DNA from: Limnothrix sp. BL-A-16
Lineage (GTDB): Bacteria > Cyanobacteriota > Cyanobacteriia > CACIAM-69d
Direction of reading: 5' to 3'
DNA length: 64,000 nucleotides
Assembly: GCA_041937175.2 (NCBI GenBank)
Contig: CP166615.1
Location: 4,224,001-4,288,000, forward strand
Shown here one piece after another: positions 1-10,927 of this stretch. Made by a program: the position numbers and the translations under genes. Under the pieces are notes generated by a model. That model ran no database searches. It saw only the letters and a list, made by a program, of their open reading frames with translations, and had not been told where the DNA came from. Positions within the stretch are counted from its first letter, which is position 1. The number at the start of each line of letters is the position of its first letter.

Positions 1-49
1 CGGTTGATGAAACCCACAAAGCAGTAGTTTTGGCTTTTCAGACATCCTC
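1..49 (-). mobile_element. Partial copy (left end) of the 126-bp MITE family 'A', truncated by the window edge
   Basis: Reverse complement reads GAGGATGTCTGAAAAGCCAAAA..., matching the start of the copy at 43226; flanked by TGA (50-52), a TNA triplet. Confidence 0.75.
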
Positions 50-80
50 TGATGGGATCTTTGAAAAGTTGGGAATACCC

Positions 81-110
81 AAAAAAAGGGGTGGCTCACT
101 GTCCACCCCT
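81..110 (-). terminator. Rho-independent terminator of the RTX gene
   Basis: Stem AGGGGTGG/CCACCCCT next to an A-run (U-run on minus strand), about 140 bp after the stop at 251. Confidence 0.75.
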
Positions 111-250
111 CAGACTCTATCGGTTTTGCTTCCATCGATGCAAGCGCACCACATGAGCGCAGCCGAATCAGCGCAACCGATTAGCTCCTCTGCATCCTGG
201 CGATCGGGAACCGCTCTGCGATTTGGCCCCAATCCCTAATGACTGAGTTT

Positions 251-2437
251 TTAATCATCATCATCGTCATCGCCCTTGCCGAAGCGCTTGCCAATGCCGG
301 GGGGCAGGGTGTCAAACGTCCGCTTGCCACCAACGATCTGTTTCGCCAATCCGGGCGGCAGGCCCAACAAACCACCACCCAAGTTGATGTTGGTGATGTT
401 GGTGATGTTCGTAATATTGGTGATGTTCGTCACGTTGGTAGTGGAACCGCTGAGGCTACCACCCGTAGTGCCGCCGCCCGTGGTGCCGCCTGTGCTGCTG
501 CCGCCGCCTGTGCTGCCGCCCGTGTTGGTGTTCGGCAGGCCAAAGATGCGGAAGTTGCTGGCAACCAATTCTGCTTCGGAGTAGATCTTCAGCGAGAAGC
601 CCGAGGAAACCTTGACGATCGAGAAGAAGTTGCCGTCTTCGTCGCGGCCCTTTTGGGTCACGGCTTTCAGCACATCGCCACCGGACTTGAAGCCCAAGTT
701 CGCCGCCAGGGCAATTCGATCGTCCTTCGTTGAGAAGTCATAAATCGTCGCTTCGCCGGTCAAGGGGTCGATCGAGCTGCTGCCCGTCGTGGAACCGGTT
801 GTGCCCGTGCCCGTTGTACCCGTGCCCGTCGTACCGGTTGTACCTGTGCCAGTTGTACCTGTGCCCGTCGTACCGGTGGTGGTTCCGAGCGTAGTCCCCG
901 TGGTGGAAGTCGAACCCGTCGTGCTGCCCGTGGTCGATCCGCTCGTGCCGCCCGTTAACGAATCGGAACCCGTAGTGGCCGTCACATCCAACTTGCCAAA
1001 CAGGAACACATCCTTACCAGCGCCACCCCACAGGGCATCCTTACCGTAGCCACCCTCGATCGAGTCGTCACCTTCGCCACCCAGGATCGAATCATCGCCC
1101 TGATCGCCCACCAGGATATCTTTGCCAGCACCACCGACAATAAAGTCATTGCCATCGCCGCCAAAGATCAGGTCATCCCCAGCATTTCCCGTCAGGATGT
1201 CATCGCCACCGAAGCCAAAGATCTTGTCATCGCCACCCAGGCCATTGAACACATCTTTGTTGGAACCACCCCGGAAAAAGTCATCTCCCTGGCTCGGCCG
1301 GTCAGACAAGGGCGAATTCGTGAAATCCGCGTCCCGTTTTTCTTTGATGCCGAATTCCAGGAAGTGCTTAAACAGGTTCTTGACCTGTCCGCCCTTGAAG
1401 GCCTTGGAGAGGTCTTCGTTGAAGTCTAGGTAAAGATCTTGGTTGAACTTGGGTGAAGGGCTGAGACCCTTAGCAAAACCAACCGCTTGGAAGTGGGCAA
1501 AGGCGCTGCTGAATTGGCCGCTGGCGACCGCCGCTGCGGCATCCGGATTAGCTTCCAGATAGTACTTACCATCAAAGAATGTGCCGCTGTTGCGTCCTTC
1601 CTTGACCCCAACAGTCAAGAAGTGCTTGTAGCTGTAGGAAAACGACAGATTGTTGAACAGAATGAACCCGTCAACATCACCGTTGGTCTTCAGATACTCA
1701 TTGGGGTTGAAGAAGTAGCTGCCCACCCGCCGTTCTTGAACACCGGCTTTGATGAAGTGTTCAAAGGCGCTGCGGAAACCGCTGGCTTTCAGCGAAATCT
1801 TCAGGTCAACGTTTAACTCCAAATATGCCTTTGGATCGAAGACCAACGAAGGGGCCCGATCTTCAAACTGCCCAACCGTTAGAAAGTGCTGATAGGCGCT
1901 CTTGATGGAGCCACTTTGCACAGCAGCGACCACATCCGGATTTTGATCCAGATAGAACTTTTCGTCGAAGCAAAGGGACGGGTCGATCGCGGCTCCCGTT
2001 GTGGTTCCGGTGGGGTCGGGGGTTGTACCGGTGGTTCCCGTCGTGCCCGTGGTTCCAGTTGTACCGGTGGTTCCCGTCGTACCGGTGGTTCCCGTCGTAC
2101 CTGTAGTTGTACCGGTTGTGCCCGTGGTTCCCGTTGTACCCGTAGTTGTACCGGTGGTTCCGGTCGTACCGGTTGTTCCCGTGGTCGTACCGGTTGTTCC
2201 GGTTGTACCGGTTGTTCCGGTTGTACCCGTAGTTGTACCGGTTGTTCCCGTGGTTCCCGTGGTTCCGGTCGTGCCCGTGGTTCCCGTGGTGGTTCCAGTC
2301 GTACCGGTCGTGCCCGTGGTTCCCGTGGTCGTACCGGTGGTTCCGGTAGTTCCGGTCGTGCCCGTGGTTCCGGATGTGGTGGTTGGGGTGGTGGAGGTTG
2401 GAATAACTACAGTGTCCGTGGTGGGTGTTGTAGCCAT
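251..2437 (-). CDS. RTX-type calcium-binding, probably secreted/surface protein with Thr/Gly low-complexity tracts
   Basis: GGxGxDxL nonapeptide repeats ([24 protein letters not shown]); repeated FDxxxYLxxNPDV...HFxxxG units; long (Thr-Thr-Gly)n tracts. Confidence 0.85.
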   Translation of the reverse strand: MATTPTTDTVVIPTSTTPTTTSGTTGTTGTTGTTGTTTGTTGTTGTTGTTTGTTGTTGTTGTTGTTGTTTGTTGTTGTTGTTGTTTGTTGTTGTTGTTTGTTGTTGTTGTTTGTTGTTGTTGTTGTTGTTGTTGTTGTTPDPTGTTTGAAIDPSLCFDEKFYLDQNPDVVAAVQSGSIKSAYQHFLTVGQFEDRAPSLVFDPKAYLELNVDLKISLKASGFRSAFEHFIKAGVQERRVGSYFFNPNEYLKTNGDVDGFILFNNLSFSYSYKHFLTVGVKEGRNSGTFFDGKYYLEANPDAAAAVASGQFSSAFAHFQAVGFAKGLSPSPKFNQDLYLDFNEDLSKAFKGGQVKNLFKHFLEFGIKEKRDADFTNSPLSDRPSQGDDFFRGGSNKDVFNGLGGDDKIFGFGGDDILTGNAGDDLIFGGDGNDFIVGGAGKDILVGDQGDDSILGGEGDDSIEGGYGKDALWGGAGKDVFLFGKLDVTATTGSDSLTGGTSGSTTGSTTGSTSTTGTTLGTTTGTTGTGTTGTGTTGTTGTGTTGTGTTGSTTGSSSIDPLTGEATIYDFSTKDDRIALAANLGFKSGGDVLKAVTQKGRDEDGNFFSIVKVSSGFSLKIYSEAELVASNFRIFGLPNTNTGGSTGGGSSTGGTTGGGTTGGSLSGSTTNVTNITNITNITNITNINLGGGLLGLPPGLAKQIVGGKRTFDTLPPGIGKRFGKGDDDDDD
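1998..2400 (-). repeat. Coding tandem repeat of 9/12-bp units encoding (Thr-Thr-Gly)n
   Basis: Repeated ACCGGTTGT/CCCGTGGTT-type units on the + strand with synonymous variation. Confidence 0.9.
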
Positions 2438-3139
2438 GGTTTTTGATGTCCTCAGATATTGCTGATTAAGTCCCTAGATCTCGACTGGATGAGACAGATG
2501 AACGGGCTTGTTCACCTGCCATTTCGATCGCAGTCCATGGGCTGGGCAATCGTATTTCGAGCGATCGGGAAACAATGATTTGCTGATGGTGCGTTATTTC
2601 ACAGCCCACAGCCTGCATCGAAATAATTGCGATACACCCAAGTGCTTAGGATTGAAATTTCCTATAGCCGATCAATTCAGTCCAGTTACTGAGTCGATCG
2701 GTTTGCTGTTACGAGCTTTTGGCATCTCTGCCTTGTCAGACGAAGGGTTCCCAAATTGGTTCCCGTTCAATTTCTAAAATTCTGGATATTTTTTTGCATG
2801 GGACTGTGACCATAATTTTTTTGAATTACTGTGAAATGCATGATAGTTCCCGCAAAAAGTTGGGTAACCTGAGGAAATTTGCAAGATTATTTTTAGCGGG
2901 ATTTTTTAAGATCGCAACCACAAGACTGTGCTGCAAGAGAGCGATTCAAGCCTGACAATAACTCCCAACTTCTACAGGATGATTGACTGCAAGATCGGAC
3001 GCTTATGCCAGGTTGAAAACCGGCTAATGGCCCCGTGACTGTTGACCCCAATTTGCTGATCCCCATCTTTGCCCAAGCTGATGTTCTGAAGGGATGTTTG
3101 GGGTAGGGTGGAATGGGCAGTTAACCGGATGAGCCGGGC

Positions 3140-3550
3140 TTGTGGAGTTGCGCTGTGGATCGGTTGGACTATCGCGGAGCGCTGGTGGTTTTAGCGGATG
3201 GGATGGGAGGCCAGTTGGGCGCGTTTTACCGATCGCTCCTGGGAGATCCGGTGCGATCGATCGGTTCGGGCTATTGGGAATTTGGGCTAACGGGCGGTCT
3301 ACGCTTAGGAATTTTTCGGCCCCAACCCGACCAGATGGAACGCTTTCAGGGCGCAACGGGGGGCTTTTGTCTCTGCTTGGAAGTGATGGATTTGGATCAA
3401 GCGATCGCCCTGGTGAGCGATCGGGGGGCCACCTTGGCGGGGTCAGTGCGCATTGCGAGCCACGGCCGGGAAATTGACGTGATCGACCCGGCGGGCAACC
3501 GTCTGATTCTGTATGAGCCGCAGGAGCCACGTAAGTTGGCCAATTCGTAG
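3140..3550 (+). CDS. VOC/glyoxalase-like family protein
   Basis: FYxxLLG motif, CLEVxDLDxAI, and C-terminal GRE...DPAGNRL typical of the VOC fold; start uncertain. Confidence 0.8.
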   Translation: MWSCAVDRLDYRGALVVLADGMGGQLGAFYRSLLGDPVRSIGSGYWEFGLTGGLRLGIFRPQPDQMERFQGATGGFCLCLEVMDLDQAIALVSDRGATLAGSVRIASHGREIDVIDPAGNRLILYEPQEPRKLANS

Positions 3551-3560
3551 ATTGAGGGGA

Positions 3561-4490
3561 CTAATGAGCTGATCCCTGCGCCGCTAAAACCTGCTCGATC
3601 GCCCGAGCAGCCCCATCCTCCGCCACCGACGGTGCAACCCATTGGGCGATCGCCTTAACCGGTTCCGGTGCATCCCCCATGGCCACCCCCAAGCCGGCAT
3701 AGGCGATCGCTTCCAAATCATTGAAGTTATCGCCCACAAACATCACCTGCTCCGGCCGTAAACCCAACTGTTGCTCCGCCAAATGCCGTACCGCATTGCC
3801 TTTGTTCACGTCCGGGTGCGCCACTTCCAAAAAGGTGGACACAGACGTGGTGAGGTAAGCTTCCTGGGCACAGTAGCGCTGGCGTAGTTTTTCCAAAAGA
3901 TCGCGGGTTAACTGGCGATCGGGACTGAGGGCCAACACCTTGGTGGGGTCAGGGCCTTGATCCAGCACCTGCCGAAAATCTCCCACCTCGATCGGGGTCA
4001 CACCCGTGCGATCGGCATAGTCTTGGCTGGCCGGTGTCAGTTGGCGAATCAGCAAGCGATCGTTCACATACAAATGCACCGACAGGCGATCGCCCCAGGC
4101 CGGCTCCTCCAAAAAGTCAACCACCTCCCGTGCCAAAGTCCGATCCAGCGGACGGTGAAACAGCGGTTTGGACTTGAGGCGATCGGCTGGTTGGCTGTGG
4201 TCTGGTTGATCCATCCAAGCCCCCTGATAGGCAATCAGCGGTAGGGGGGTTTGAATCTCCCGATGAAACCGTACCGCCGAACAGTACATGCGCCCTGTGG
4301 CAATGGTGACAGCCAAACCCCGGGACTGAGCCGCTTGGATCGCGGCCAAAACCGGGGGATTAATTTGATTATTTCGACCCGCGATTGTGCCGTCAATATC
4401 CAACACAATCAACCGAATTGCACGGGCCAAATGATGGGGAAATGGCTGCTGTTCGCCACTGCCCGATTGCCAAGCTTCTGTAAACACCAT
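3561..4490 (-). CDS. Cof-type HAD-IIB hydrolase
   Basis: Motifs DIDGT, IATGR, VNKG, GDNFND; ATG at 4490 preferred over the upstream TTG. Confidence 0.9.
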   Translation of the reverse strand: MVFTEAWQSGSGEQQPFPHHLARAIRLIVLDIDGTIAGRNNQINPPVLAAIQAAQSRGLAVTIATGRMYCSAVRFHREIQTPLPLIAYQGAWMDQPDHSQPADRLKSKPLFHRPLDRTLAREVVDFLEEPAWGDRLSVHLYVNDRLLIRQLTPASQDYADRTGVTPIEVGDFRQVLDQGPDPTKVLALSPDRQLTRDLLEKLRQRYCAQEAYLTTSVSTFLEVAHPDVNKGNAVRHLAEQQLGLRPEQVMFVGDNFNDLEAIAYAGLGVAMGDAPEPVKAIAQWVAPSVAEDGAARAIEQVLAAQGSAH

Positions 4491-4782
4491 CGGAAGGCCC
4501 CTCGCCCTGAAGTCACGGCTTGAACGCTCCAAAGTCTAACCCTCTCCCCAGGGCCAAACCTAGCCAAGAACGGTCTCTGGCAGGGGGAGAGCGATCGAAA
4601 CTATGGAGCATTCAGCGACGACGCGCAGCCGTGAGACTAGGCCGCAATGGCGAATCGGGAATACATCAATGGTGAGTCTGCGAGTCCAAACAGTGGATTT
4701 GCCAAAAACCTAAACTTGGGTCGCCGCGCCACTCGCAACCATCCAAAGCCTTCGCTAAAGTGGTTGGTCGCGAAAATGGCCA

Positions 4783-5034
4783 CTATTGCGGATTGGATCC
4801 AAAAGGTTCTTGGCCAACGCCAAGGTTTTCATAACTCCCTTCCAGGGAAGCCCACAGGGATTGCAGTTCATGAAAAGCTGCCTCGGGTGAGAGCTTGCCG
4901 TTGGTCTCCAAGTTGCAAATGAAGCCAACTCGTTGGGCAAACTCTTGGAGGTTCGCGTTAAAGACCAAATTCTCGGGGCGAACTACGCCGCGATAGGTGG
5001 AGCAAGGAGCGATAAAGGTCGCATGGTCTTTCAT
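4783..5034 (-). CDS. Small conserved cyanobacterial protein (DUF7219-like)
   Basis: PENLVFNANLQEFAQRVGFICNLETNGKLSPE motif; GGAGG RBS upstream. Confidence 0.8.
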   Translation of the reverse strand: MKDHATFIAPCSTYRGVVRPENLVFNANLQEFAQRVGFICNLETNGKLSPEAAFHELQSLWASLEGSYENLGVGQEPFGSNPQ

Positions 5035-5892
5035 GGGATAACCTCCAGGTCATACACGATTTGTGAATGGACGAAGAGGCGATCGCGAGCTTCCGGAAGA
5101 TGTTAGAGCAGAGGGTTAAGGTCTGATTGCACCTGGTTGGAGGATAACGCTTGGCGATCGCGGTAACGGCGTGAGTTGGGCGCGAACGAAGCTTTCTTAA
5201 GGGCTTCTTAACCTAAGTTTAACCTAGTTTTGGAATTTTGGGCCTGAATTTGGAAAATTTGTCAAGCACCTGACCTGGACTGGGTTGAGGTTTTGCACCC
5301 GATCGAGCAATCAATCCCTGAAAGGGAGATTAAGGAACTGATCGGAAAAAGATCCGATCGCTGGAGGAATTGATTAGTTTCAGCATCCCTGAAATTACGG
5401 AGAAACACTGCGATCGCGATCGTCCCCCAGCCCGATCGACATCATCACGTCCCCCTTAGGATTTTGGTTTTGCACTCTGGGCTGTGCGCCCTTAGGCTTT
5501 TCTCCCCTCACTCCAGTCAATCAGGATCGTTCAAGACCTGATTCACCAACGCTTCAAGCGGCGTTTCCGTTAGGGTTTCAGGGCACGAAAAGCCGAGAAC
5601 AATTAACCATCATGGAGGAAACCGTGGCTTTTCGATGGGCCTTGGCCCAGTTCCTTAAGGATTCGAGACGATTCGTCAAAAAGATTAGAAAGCTCGGGAA
5701 TGATTCTGATTATTTCGGTTAGCCGTGAACCATCACGGAGAGCCTTACGGGCCGTGGCGCTCCACTGAACTCAGCTCCCCGTTTGCCCTCCAAGGCTGTC
5801 CCATGGTCAATTAATCGCCGCCGAAACCCAACGATTGATGGCGACAGTATTTACAATTAGTAACTAAGTAACTGGTTCAGGCAACGTTCGCC

Positions 5893-7914
5893 ATGACTTC
5901 AGCGATGACTCCTGTGTTTGATGCGACGGATCCCAAACGGGCCACGATCGAGGCACGGGCAGTAGCAGAGGATGTTTCCGCGCCGGTGTCGCCAAATCAG
6001 GGCCCCACCGACGACGAAGACATCGAGACCTATCGATCGCCCCACTACGACCCAGACGCGATCGACGCGGCCTATCGAGGACGCTGGTGGGCCGTGCTGC
6101 AACGGACGATCGCCGTTTTGTGGCCCTGCTTCACGTTTGCCTTTGCAATTTGGCGCGATCGCCAGAGCAACCAAGTCAAGCGTAACGAAGCCCGCCGCGC
6201 CCGCCAGTTACGAGAATTGCTGACCCAGTTGGGGCCCGCCTTCATCAAAGTGGGGCAAGCCCTTTCCACCCGGCCCGACCTCGTGCCGCCGGTTTATTTG
6301 GAAGAGCTGACCCAACTGCAAGATCAATTGCCGGCTTTTCCGAATGAAATCGCCTACCGGTTTATTGAGGAAGAATTGGGCGATCGCCCCGAAAATTGCT
6401 TTGCTGAACTCAGCGAAAAACCCGTCGCCGCCGCCAGTTTGGGGCAGGTCTATCGCGGCAAATTAAAAACCGGGGAAGCCGTTGCCGTCAAAGTGCAACG
6501 GCCCGGACTCACAGAGCAAATTACGCTCGACGTTTACATCATGCGTGGCCTGGCCAAATGGGCCATGAAAAACGTCAAGCGACTGCGAAGCAACTTAGTC
6601 GCCATTACCGATGAATTTGCGGCCCGCATCTTTGAGGAAATGGACTATTCCCAAGAAGGACGCAACGCAGAGCACTTTGCCAAACTCTACGGCTCCATGC
6701 CGGAAATTTATGTGCCCAAAATCTATTGGCAATACACCGGCAAGCGGGTGTTAACCATGGAGTGGATTTCGGGGACAAAGCTCACCAATTTGAAAGAAGT
6801 GGCCGCACAAGGCATTGATGCCACCCACTTGGTGGATGTGGGGGTGCAGTGTTCCCTGCGGCAATTGCTGGAACATGGCTTTTTCCATGCGGATCCCCAC
6901 CCGGGCAACCTGTTGGCCATGCCCAACGGTCAATTGGCTTATCTCGATTTTGGGATGATGAGCCGAGTTAAAAAATATCAGCGCTACGGGCTAATTGAAG
7001 CGGTGGTTCACATGGTGAATCGCGATTTTGCTCGATTGGCGGAAGACTACGTGAAGCTGGAATTTTTGACTCCTGACACCAATTTGGAGCCAATTTCCCA
7101 AGCCCTATCCGGTGTGTTTAGCAATGCGTTGGGATCCAGTGTTTCGGAGTTGAATTTCAAAAACATCACCGATCAACTGTCAGGGGTGATGTATGAGTAC
7201 CCGTTTCGGGTTCCGGCTTACTATGCTCTGATTATTCGATCGCTGGTGACCCTCGAAGGGATTGCGATCAATGTGGATCCGGAATTCAAAGTGCTTAGCA
7301 AAGCCTATCCTTACATTGCCAAGCGATTGCTGACAGATCCGGCTCCAGAACTGCGGGCTTCGTTGCAAGATTTGCTGTTCCGGGAAGGCGATTTTCGTTG
7401 GAATCGGTTAGAAAATCTGTTGCGCAATGCCAAGGACAGTGCTGATTATGATCTCAATGAAGGGATCGATCGGGCGGCGGAGTTTTTGTTTTCGGAACGT
7501 GGGGAATTTATCCGCCAACAGGTCGCCAATCGGTTGGTGGAGGCGATCGATGCAGCGGGCCAAAGTGCTTGGCGATCGCTCCTGGACAATTGGGGCAAGT
7601 TCCTGAACCGCAACCCAGGCAGTCCAGTAAGTTCCCAAGTGGGAACCAACTCCAGCAACCCGCGCGAAACCTTGGAGCGGTTGCAACGTATTTGGCAGTT
7701 GCTTCAGGAAACGCCGGGGTTTGATTCGATGAAGCTGTTGCAGTTGGCGGCGCGGATCCTGGTGCGGCCGGAAACCCAGCAGTTGGGCCAACAGATCGCT
7801 GGAGAGTTAGCCCAACGCGCGATCGCCCGGTTGATTCGAGAGGTGTTGGTGGCGCGATCGCCCCAGCCGATGACCGATTCCAAGGCGGCCGTCCCGATCG
7901 CGGCTTTGCGCTAG
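5893..7914 (+). CDS. ABC1/AarF/UbiB atypical kinase
   Basis: [47 protein letters not shown]. Confidence 0.95.
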   Translation: MTSAMTPVFDATDPKRATIEARAVAEDVSAPVSPNQGPTDDEDIETYRSPHYDPDAIDAAYRGRWWAVLQRTIAVLWPCFTFAFAIWRDRQSNQVKRNEARRARQLRELLTQLGPAFIKVGQALSTRPDLVPPVYLEELTQLQDQLPAFPNEIAYRFIEEELGDRPENCFAELSEKPVAAASLGQVYRGKLKTGEAVAVKVQRPGLTEQITLDVYIMRGLAKWAMKNVKRLRSNLVAITDEFAARIFEEMDYSQEGRNAEHFAKLYGSMPEIYVPKIYWQYTGKRVLTMEWISGTKLTNLKEVAAQGIDATHLVDVGVQCSLRQLLEHGFFHADPHPGNLLAMPNGQLAYLDFGMMSRVKKYQRYGLIEAVVHMVNRDFARLAEDYVKLEFLTPDTNLEPISQALSGVFSNALGSSVSELNFKNITDQLSGVMYEYPFRVPAYYALIIRSLVTLEGIAINVDPEFKVLSKAYPYIAKRLLTDPAPELRASLQDLLFREGDFRWNRLENLLRNAKDSADYDLNEGIDRAAEFLFSERGEFIRQQVANRLVEAIDAAGQSAWRSLLDNWGKFLNRNPGSPVSSQVGTNSSNPRETLERLQRIWQLLQETPGFDSMKLLQLAARILVRPETQQLGQQIAGELAQRAIARLIREVLVARSPQPMTDSKAAVPIAALR

Positions 7915-7955
7915 GCCATCATCGGGAAGATTTGGATCCCTTGGGACTGGTGCTC

Positions 7956-7992
7956 AGGGTTGCTTGAGGGTTGCTTGAGGGTTACTTGAGGG
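7956..7992. repeat. 11-bp tandem repeat AGGGTTGCTTG x3
   Basis: Direct reading of the sequence. Confidence 0.85.
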
Positions 7993-8030
7993 GAAGGCGA
8001 TTGCTCGATCGGGCGATCGCCTTCTGTTTT
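7993..8030 (+). terminator. Rho-independent terminator after the ABC1 kinase
   Basis: GAAGGCGATTGCTC...GGGCGATCGCCTTC hairpin followed by TGTTTT. Confidence 0.7.
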
Positions 8031-8432
8031 CAGGATGCACCCTCGAGAGGGCCGGCAACTCAGCATGAGTTGGCTCAGAAAGTCTGGAGCATCACTACTG
8101 GATTTGTTTTATAACCCAATAACGATAGAAAGATAAAAGACCATCAGCGGTTAAATTAAGAAACGGTTGACTGGCCGATCGCCCCCATTTCGGGAACCCG
8201 ATCGCCCCAGCCCCAAAAACTGCACAATTAAATCAATTAACCGGATCCGATCCCAGATCGCTTGAGGTCGAATCGACTGAAATCGATCAGAAATCAACTG
8301 CAAGCACCTGTCATCACCCGTCATTGAGGCGATTGGATGCCATTCGTGCCCCCAGCGCAACCAGCACCATTCGTGGGCTGGCGTTTGCATTTGAAATTGT
8401 TTTGAGAAAACTGGAGAAAAGGAGATTAAGCC

Positions 8433-9926
8433 GTGGTGGTTGCTGCACCCATTGGGGTTCAAGGAACAACGGATCGATCGGCGGCGATCGATGTGTTGAT
8501 TGTCGGCGCGGGTTTAACGGGCTTGAGCGCTGCCCACCGCTTGGTTAATCACCCGGACAATCGGGGGCGATCGACCCTGGTGGTGGAAGCGCAAAACCGT
8601 GTGGGCGGCAATATCACCACCCGATCGGCCGATGGGTTCCTGTGGGAAGAGGGGCCCAACAGCTTCGCCCCCACGCCAGAGCTGCTGAAACTGGCCGTGG
8701 AAGTGGGTTTGCAGGATGAGCTGGTGTTTGCGGATGGCAAGCTGCCCCGATTTGTCTACTGGGACGGTCGGTTACAAGCCATTCCCATGAGTCCCGGCGC
8801 ATTTTGGAATTCCACCCTGCTGAGCGATCGGGGCAAAGCCAGACTGCTGTTAGGTGCGGCGGGTTTTGTGCCCCCGATCGTGGGCGCAGCCATCTCGGCA
8901 AGGGGCGGCGAAGAAACCGTCCGTGAATTCTTCACTCGCCACCTGGGCCAAGAAGCCATGGAGCGCCTTGTGGATCCCTTTATCTCGGGGGTCTATGCCG
9001 GCGATCCCGATGCCCTCAGTGCGTCGGCGGCCTTCCGCAAAATGGCCGCCATGCAAGCGGTCGGCGGTGGTTTAGGAGCCGGGGCCGCGCGCATTCTTTG
9101 GGCCAAGCGCCAAGCGGCCAAGCAAGCTCCCCCAGCCGATCCCCGCTTACCCAAGCCCAAGTCCGGGGAGTTGGGATCCTTCCGCGAGGGACTGCAAGCC
9201 TTGCCAGAAGCAGTGGCAAGCGGTTTGGGCGATCGGGTCAAGCTGGGCTGGCAGGTGGAGACGATCGCCCGCGATCCCCAAGGCAATTACCTGGTTGTGA
9301 TCGCCAGCCCCGATGGCCCCCAACAGATCACCGCTCGATCGATCATTCTGGCCACCCCGGCTCCGGTCACGGCTCAACTGCTCGAACCCCTCGCCCCCCG
9401 AGCCAGCACCGCCCTCAACGCCATTCCCTACCCCGCCGTTGCTTGCGTGATTTTGGCCTATCCCGAAACCGCCTTTGCCCAGTCCCTGCGCGGCTTTGGC
9501 AACCTGATTCCCCGCAGCCTGGGCCTGCAAACCCTAGGAACCATTTGGGCCTCCAGCCTATTTGCGGGACGCGCTCCCCAAGGTTGGGCCCACCTGATCA
9601 ACTTCATTGGCGGCGCACAAAATCCCACCCTGATCCACAAAACCGAAGCCGAAATCGCCCAGATGGTTCATGCGGACGTGCGGCGGATTTTGCTGAAACA
9701 GGACGTGGCTCCCAAGGTGCTGTCGGTCAAACTCTGGCGACGGGCGATCCCGCAATACACGATCGGGCATGGGGCCCGCCTGGCCACCCTGCACCAGGAA
9801 CTGCAACATTGGCCCGGCCTCTTTGCTTGCAGCAACTACGAAGGCGGCGTAGCGCTGGGCGATTGCGTGCGCCATGGTTGGGAACAGGCCGACGCGATCG
9901 AGCAATTCCTCGGCAGTCGGGTCTAG
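8433..9926 (+). CDS. hemY: Protoporphyrinogen oxidase, HemY/PPOX type
   Basis: FAD-binding GAGLTGL, VEAQNRVGG, WEEGPNSF, SGVYAGDP, AIPQY. Confidence 0.92.
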   Translation: MVVAAPIGVQGTTDRSAAIDVLIVGAGLTGLSAAHRLVNHPDNRGRSTLVVEAQNRVGGNITTRSADGFLWEEGPNSFAPTPELLKLAVEVGLQDELVFADGKLPRFVYWDGRLQAIPMSPGAFWNSTLLSDRGKARLLLGAAGFVPPIVGAAISARGGEETVREFFTRHLGQEAMERLVDPFISGVYAGDPDALSASAAFRKMAAMQAVGGGLGAGAARILWAKRQAAKQAPPADPRLPKPKSGELGSFREGLQALPEAVASGLGDRVKLGWQVETIARDPQGNYLVVIASPDGPQQITARSIILATPAPVTAQLLEPLAPRASTALNAIPYPAVACVILAYPETAFAQSLRGFGNLIPRSLGLQTLGTIWASSLFAGRAPQGWAHLINFIGGAQNPTLIHKTEAEIAQMVHADVRRILLKQDVAPKVLSVKLWRRAIPQYTIGHGARLATLHQELQHWPGLFACSNYEGGVALGDCVRHGWEQADAIEQFLGSRV

Positions 9927-10382
9927 GCACTCAGTCCCCTTCCACCCGATCGGGGGTCTATTTTGGGATTGCGTTGAATTGCGTTCAACCATTTCCCAAA
10001 GGGCGCACAGTTCTCCTTTCGCTGCGCGCCCTTTGTCCTGAGACCTGTTTGTTGATGCCTATTTCAACGCCAGTTCGGGTTAAGCGGGCAGCTCAATCTC
10101 CAACGCAGCCAGATTTGGGGACGGTTTCTTGAGTAGACAATCAGCCGTTGATTAACCCACTTTGTCAATCATCAACATCAAAGAATTCTTGGCGTTGTGG
10201 TGGGTCTTGGCCAAAAACTGTAAGCCATAGTCCCGCCACTGCTGGCTTAACCACCCCGCCTTTCTTCTGCTTCCCTGATCCCGAACTGACGTAATGTTAA
10301 GTCTGGTGGGGGCTGGAGCCAGATTCCAGAATTGGCGGTGTATGCTGCCTTTATTCGCAAAATCGTTAGCTAACTTGGTGCA

Positions 10383-10814
10383 GTGTTGAAATCAGTTTTG
10401 GTGGCCCTGGATCGATCGGCATTATCCGAGTCAGAAATTGCCATGCTGCGATCGTTCAATTTGAACGAGCAGTGCAAAGTGATTTTGGTGCATGTGATTC
10501 CGCCCAGCAGCACCGATTTGGATCAGCCGCTCGATCGCCCCCAAGGGACTGCACCGGATTTGTATCGCGAGATTGAAACCCAACTGACGGCCTACCAAAA
10601 GCGCCTACCCTGTCCCAGCACCATTGAAATCATCAGTGGCGAACCCGCTGCGGAAATTGTCCGCTTGGCCAATATCCATCGTACCGACTTAATCATCATT
10701 GGCAGCCGGGGCCTCAGCGGCATCGATCGAATTTTGCAAGGTTCCGTCAGCAGTGATGTGCTGGAACAAGCGCCCTGTTCGGTGTTGGTGGTGAAGGCCA
10801 AAACTGCCACTTAA
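10383..10814 (+). CDS. Universal stress protein
   Basis: VLVALD; DLIIIGSRGLSG...GSVS...APCSVLVV. Confidence 0.93.
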   Translation: MLKSVLVALDRSALSESEIAMLRSFNLNEQCKVILVHVIPPSSTDLDQPLDRPQGTAPDLYREIETQLTAYQKRLPCPSTIEIISGEPAAEIVRLANIHRTDLIIIGSRGLSGIDRILQGSVSSDVLEQAPCSVLVVKAKTAT

Positions 10815-10927
10815 GTTGCGCCCGATCGCGCTGGAACTTGCCAGGGCGATCGCCCGTTTTTAGGTTCGCCTGTTTTTGGGTGTTGCCCGTTTTCAGTTTT
10901 CCATCGCCTATCCCCGTTTTTTCCCGC

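Noticed and set aside
239..2465. Plus-strand ORFs with (VVP)n repeats
   Set aside because: Antisense shadows of the Thr/Gly repeat gene
5040..5890. Possible riboswitch in the long divergent intergenic region
   Set aside because: Hairpins are present but I could not match glutamine or c-di-GMP riboswitch consensus by eye; needs an Rfam scan
9098..10132. 344-aa alternative-frame ORF, and similar long overlapping ORFs (17023-18252, 19700-20584, 34960-35937)
   Set aside because: Overlap well-supported genes, have no motifs, and are expected in GC-rich coding DNA
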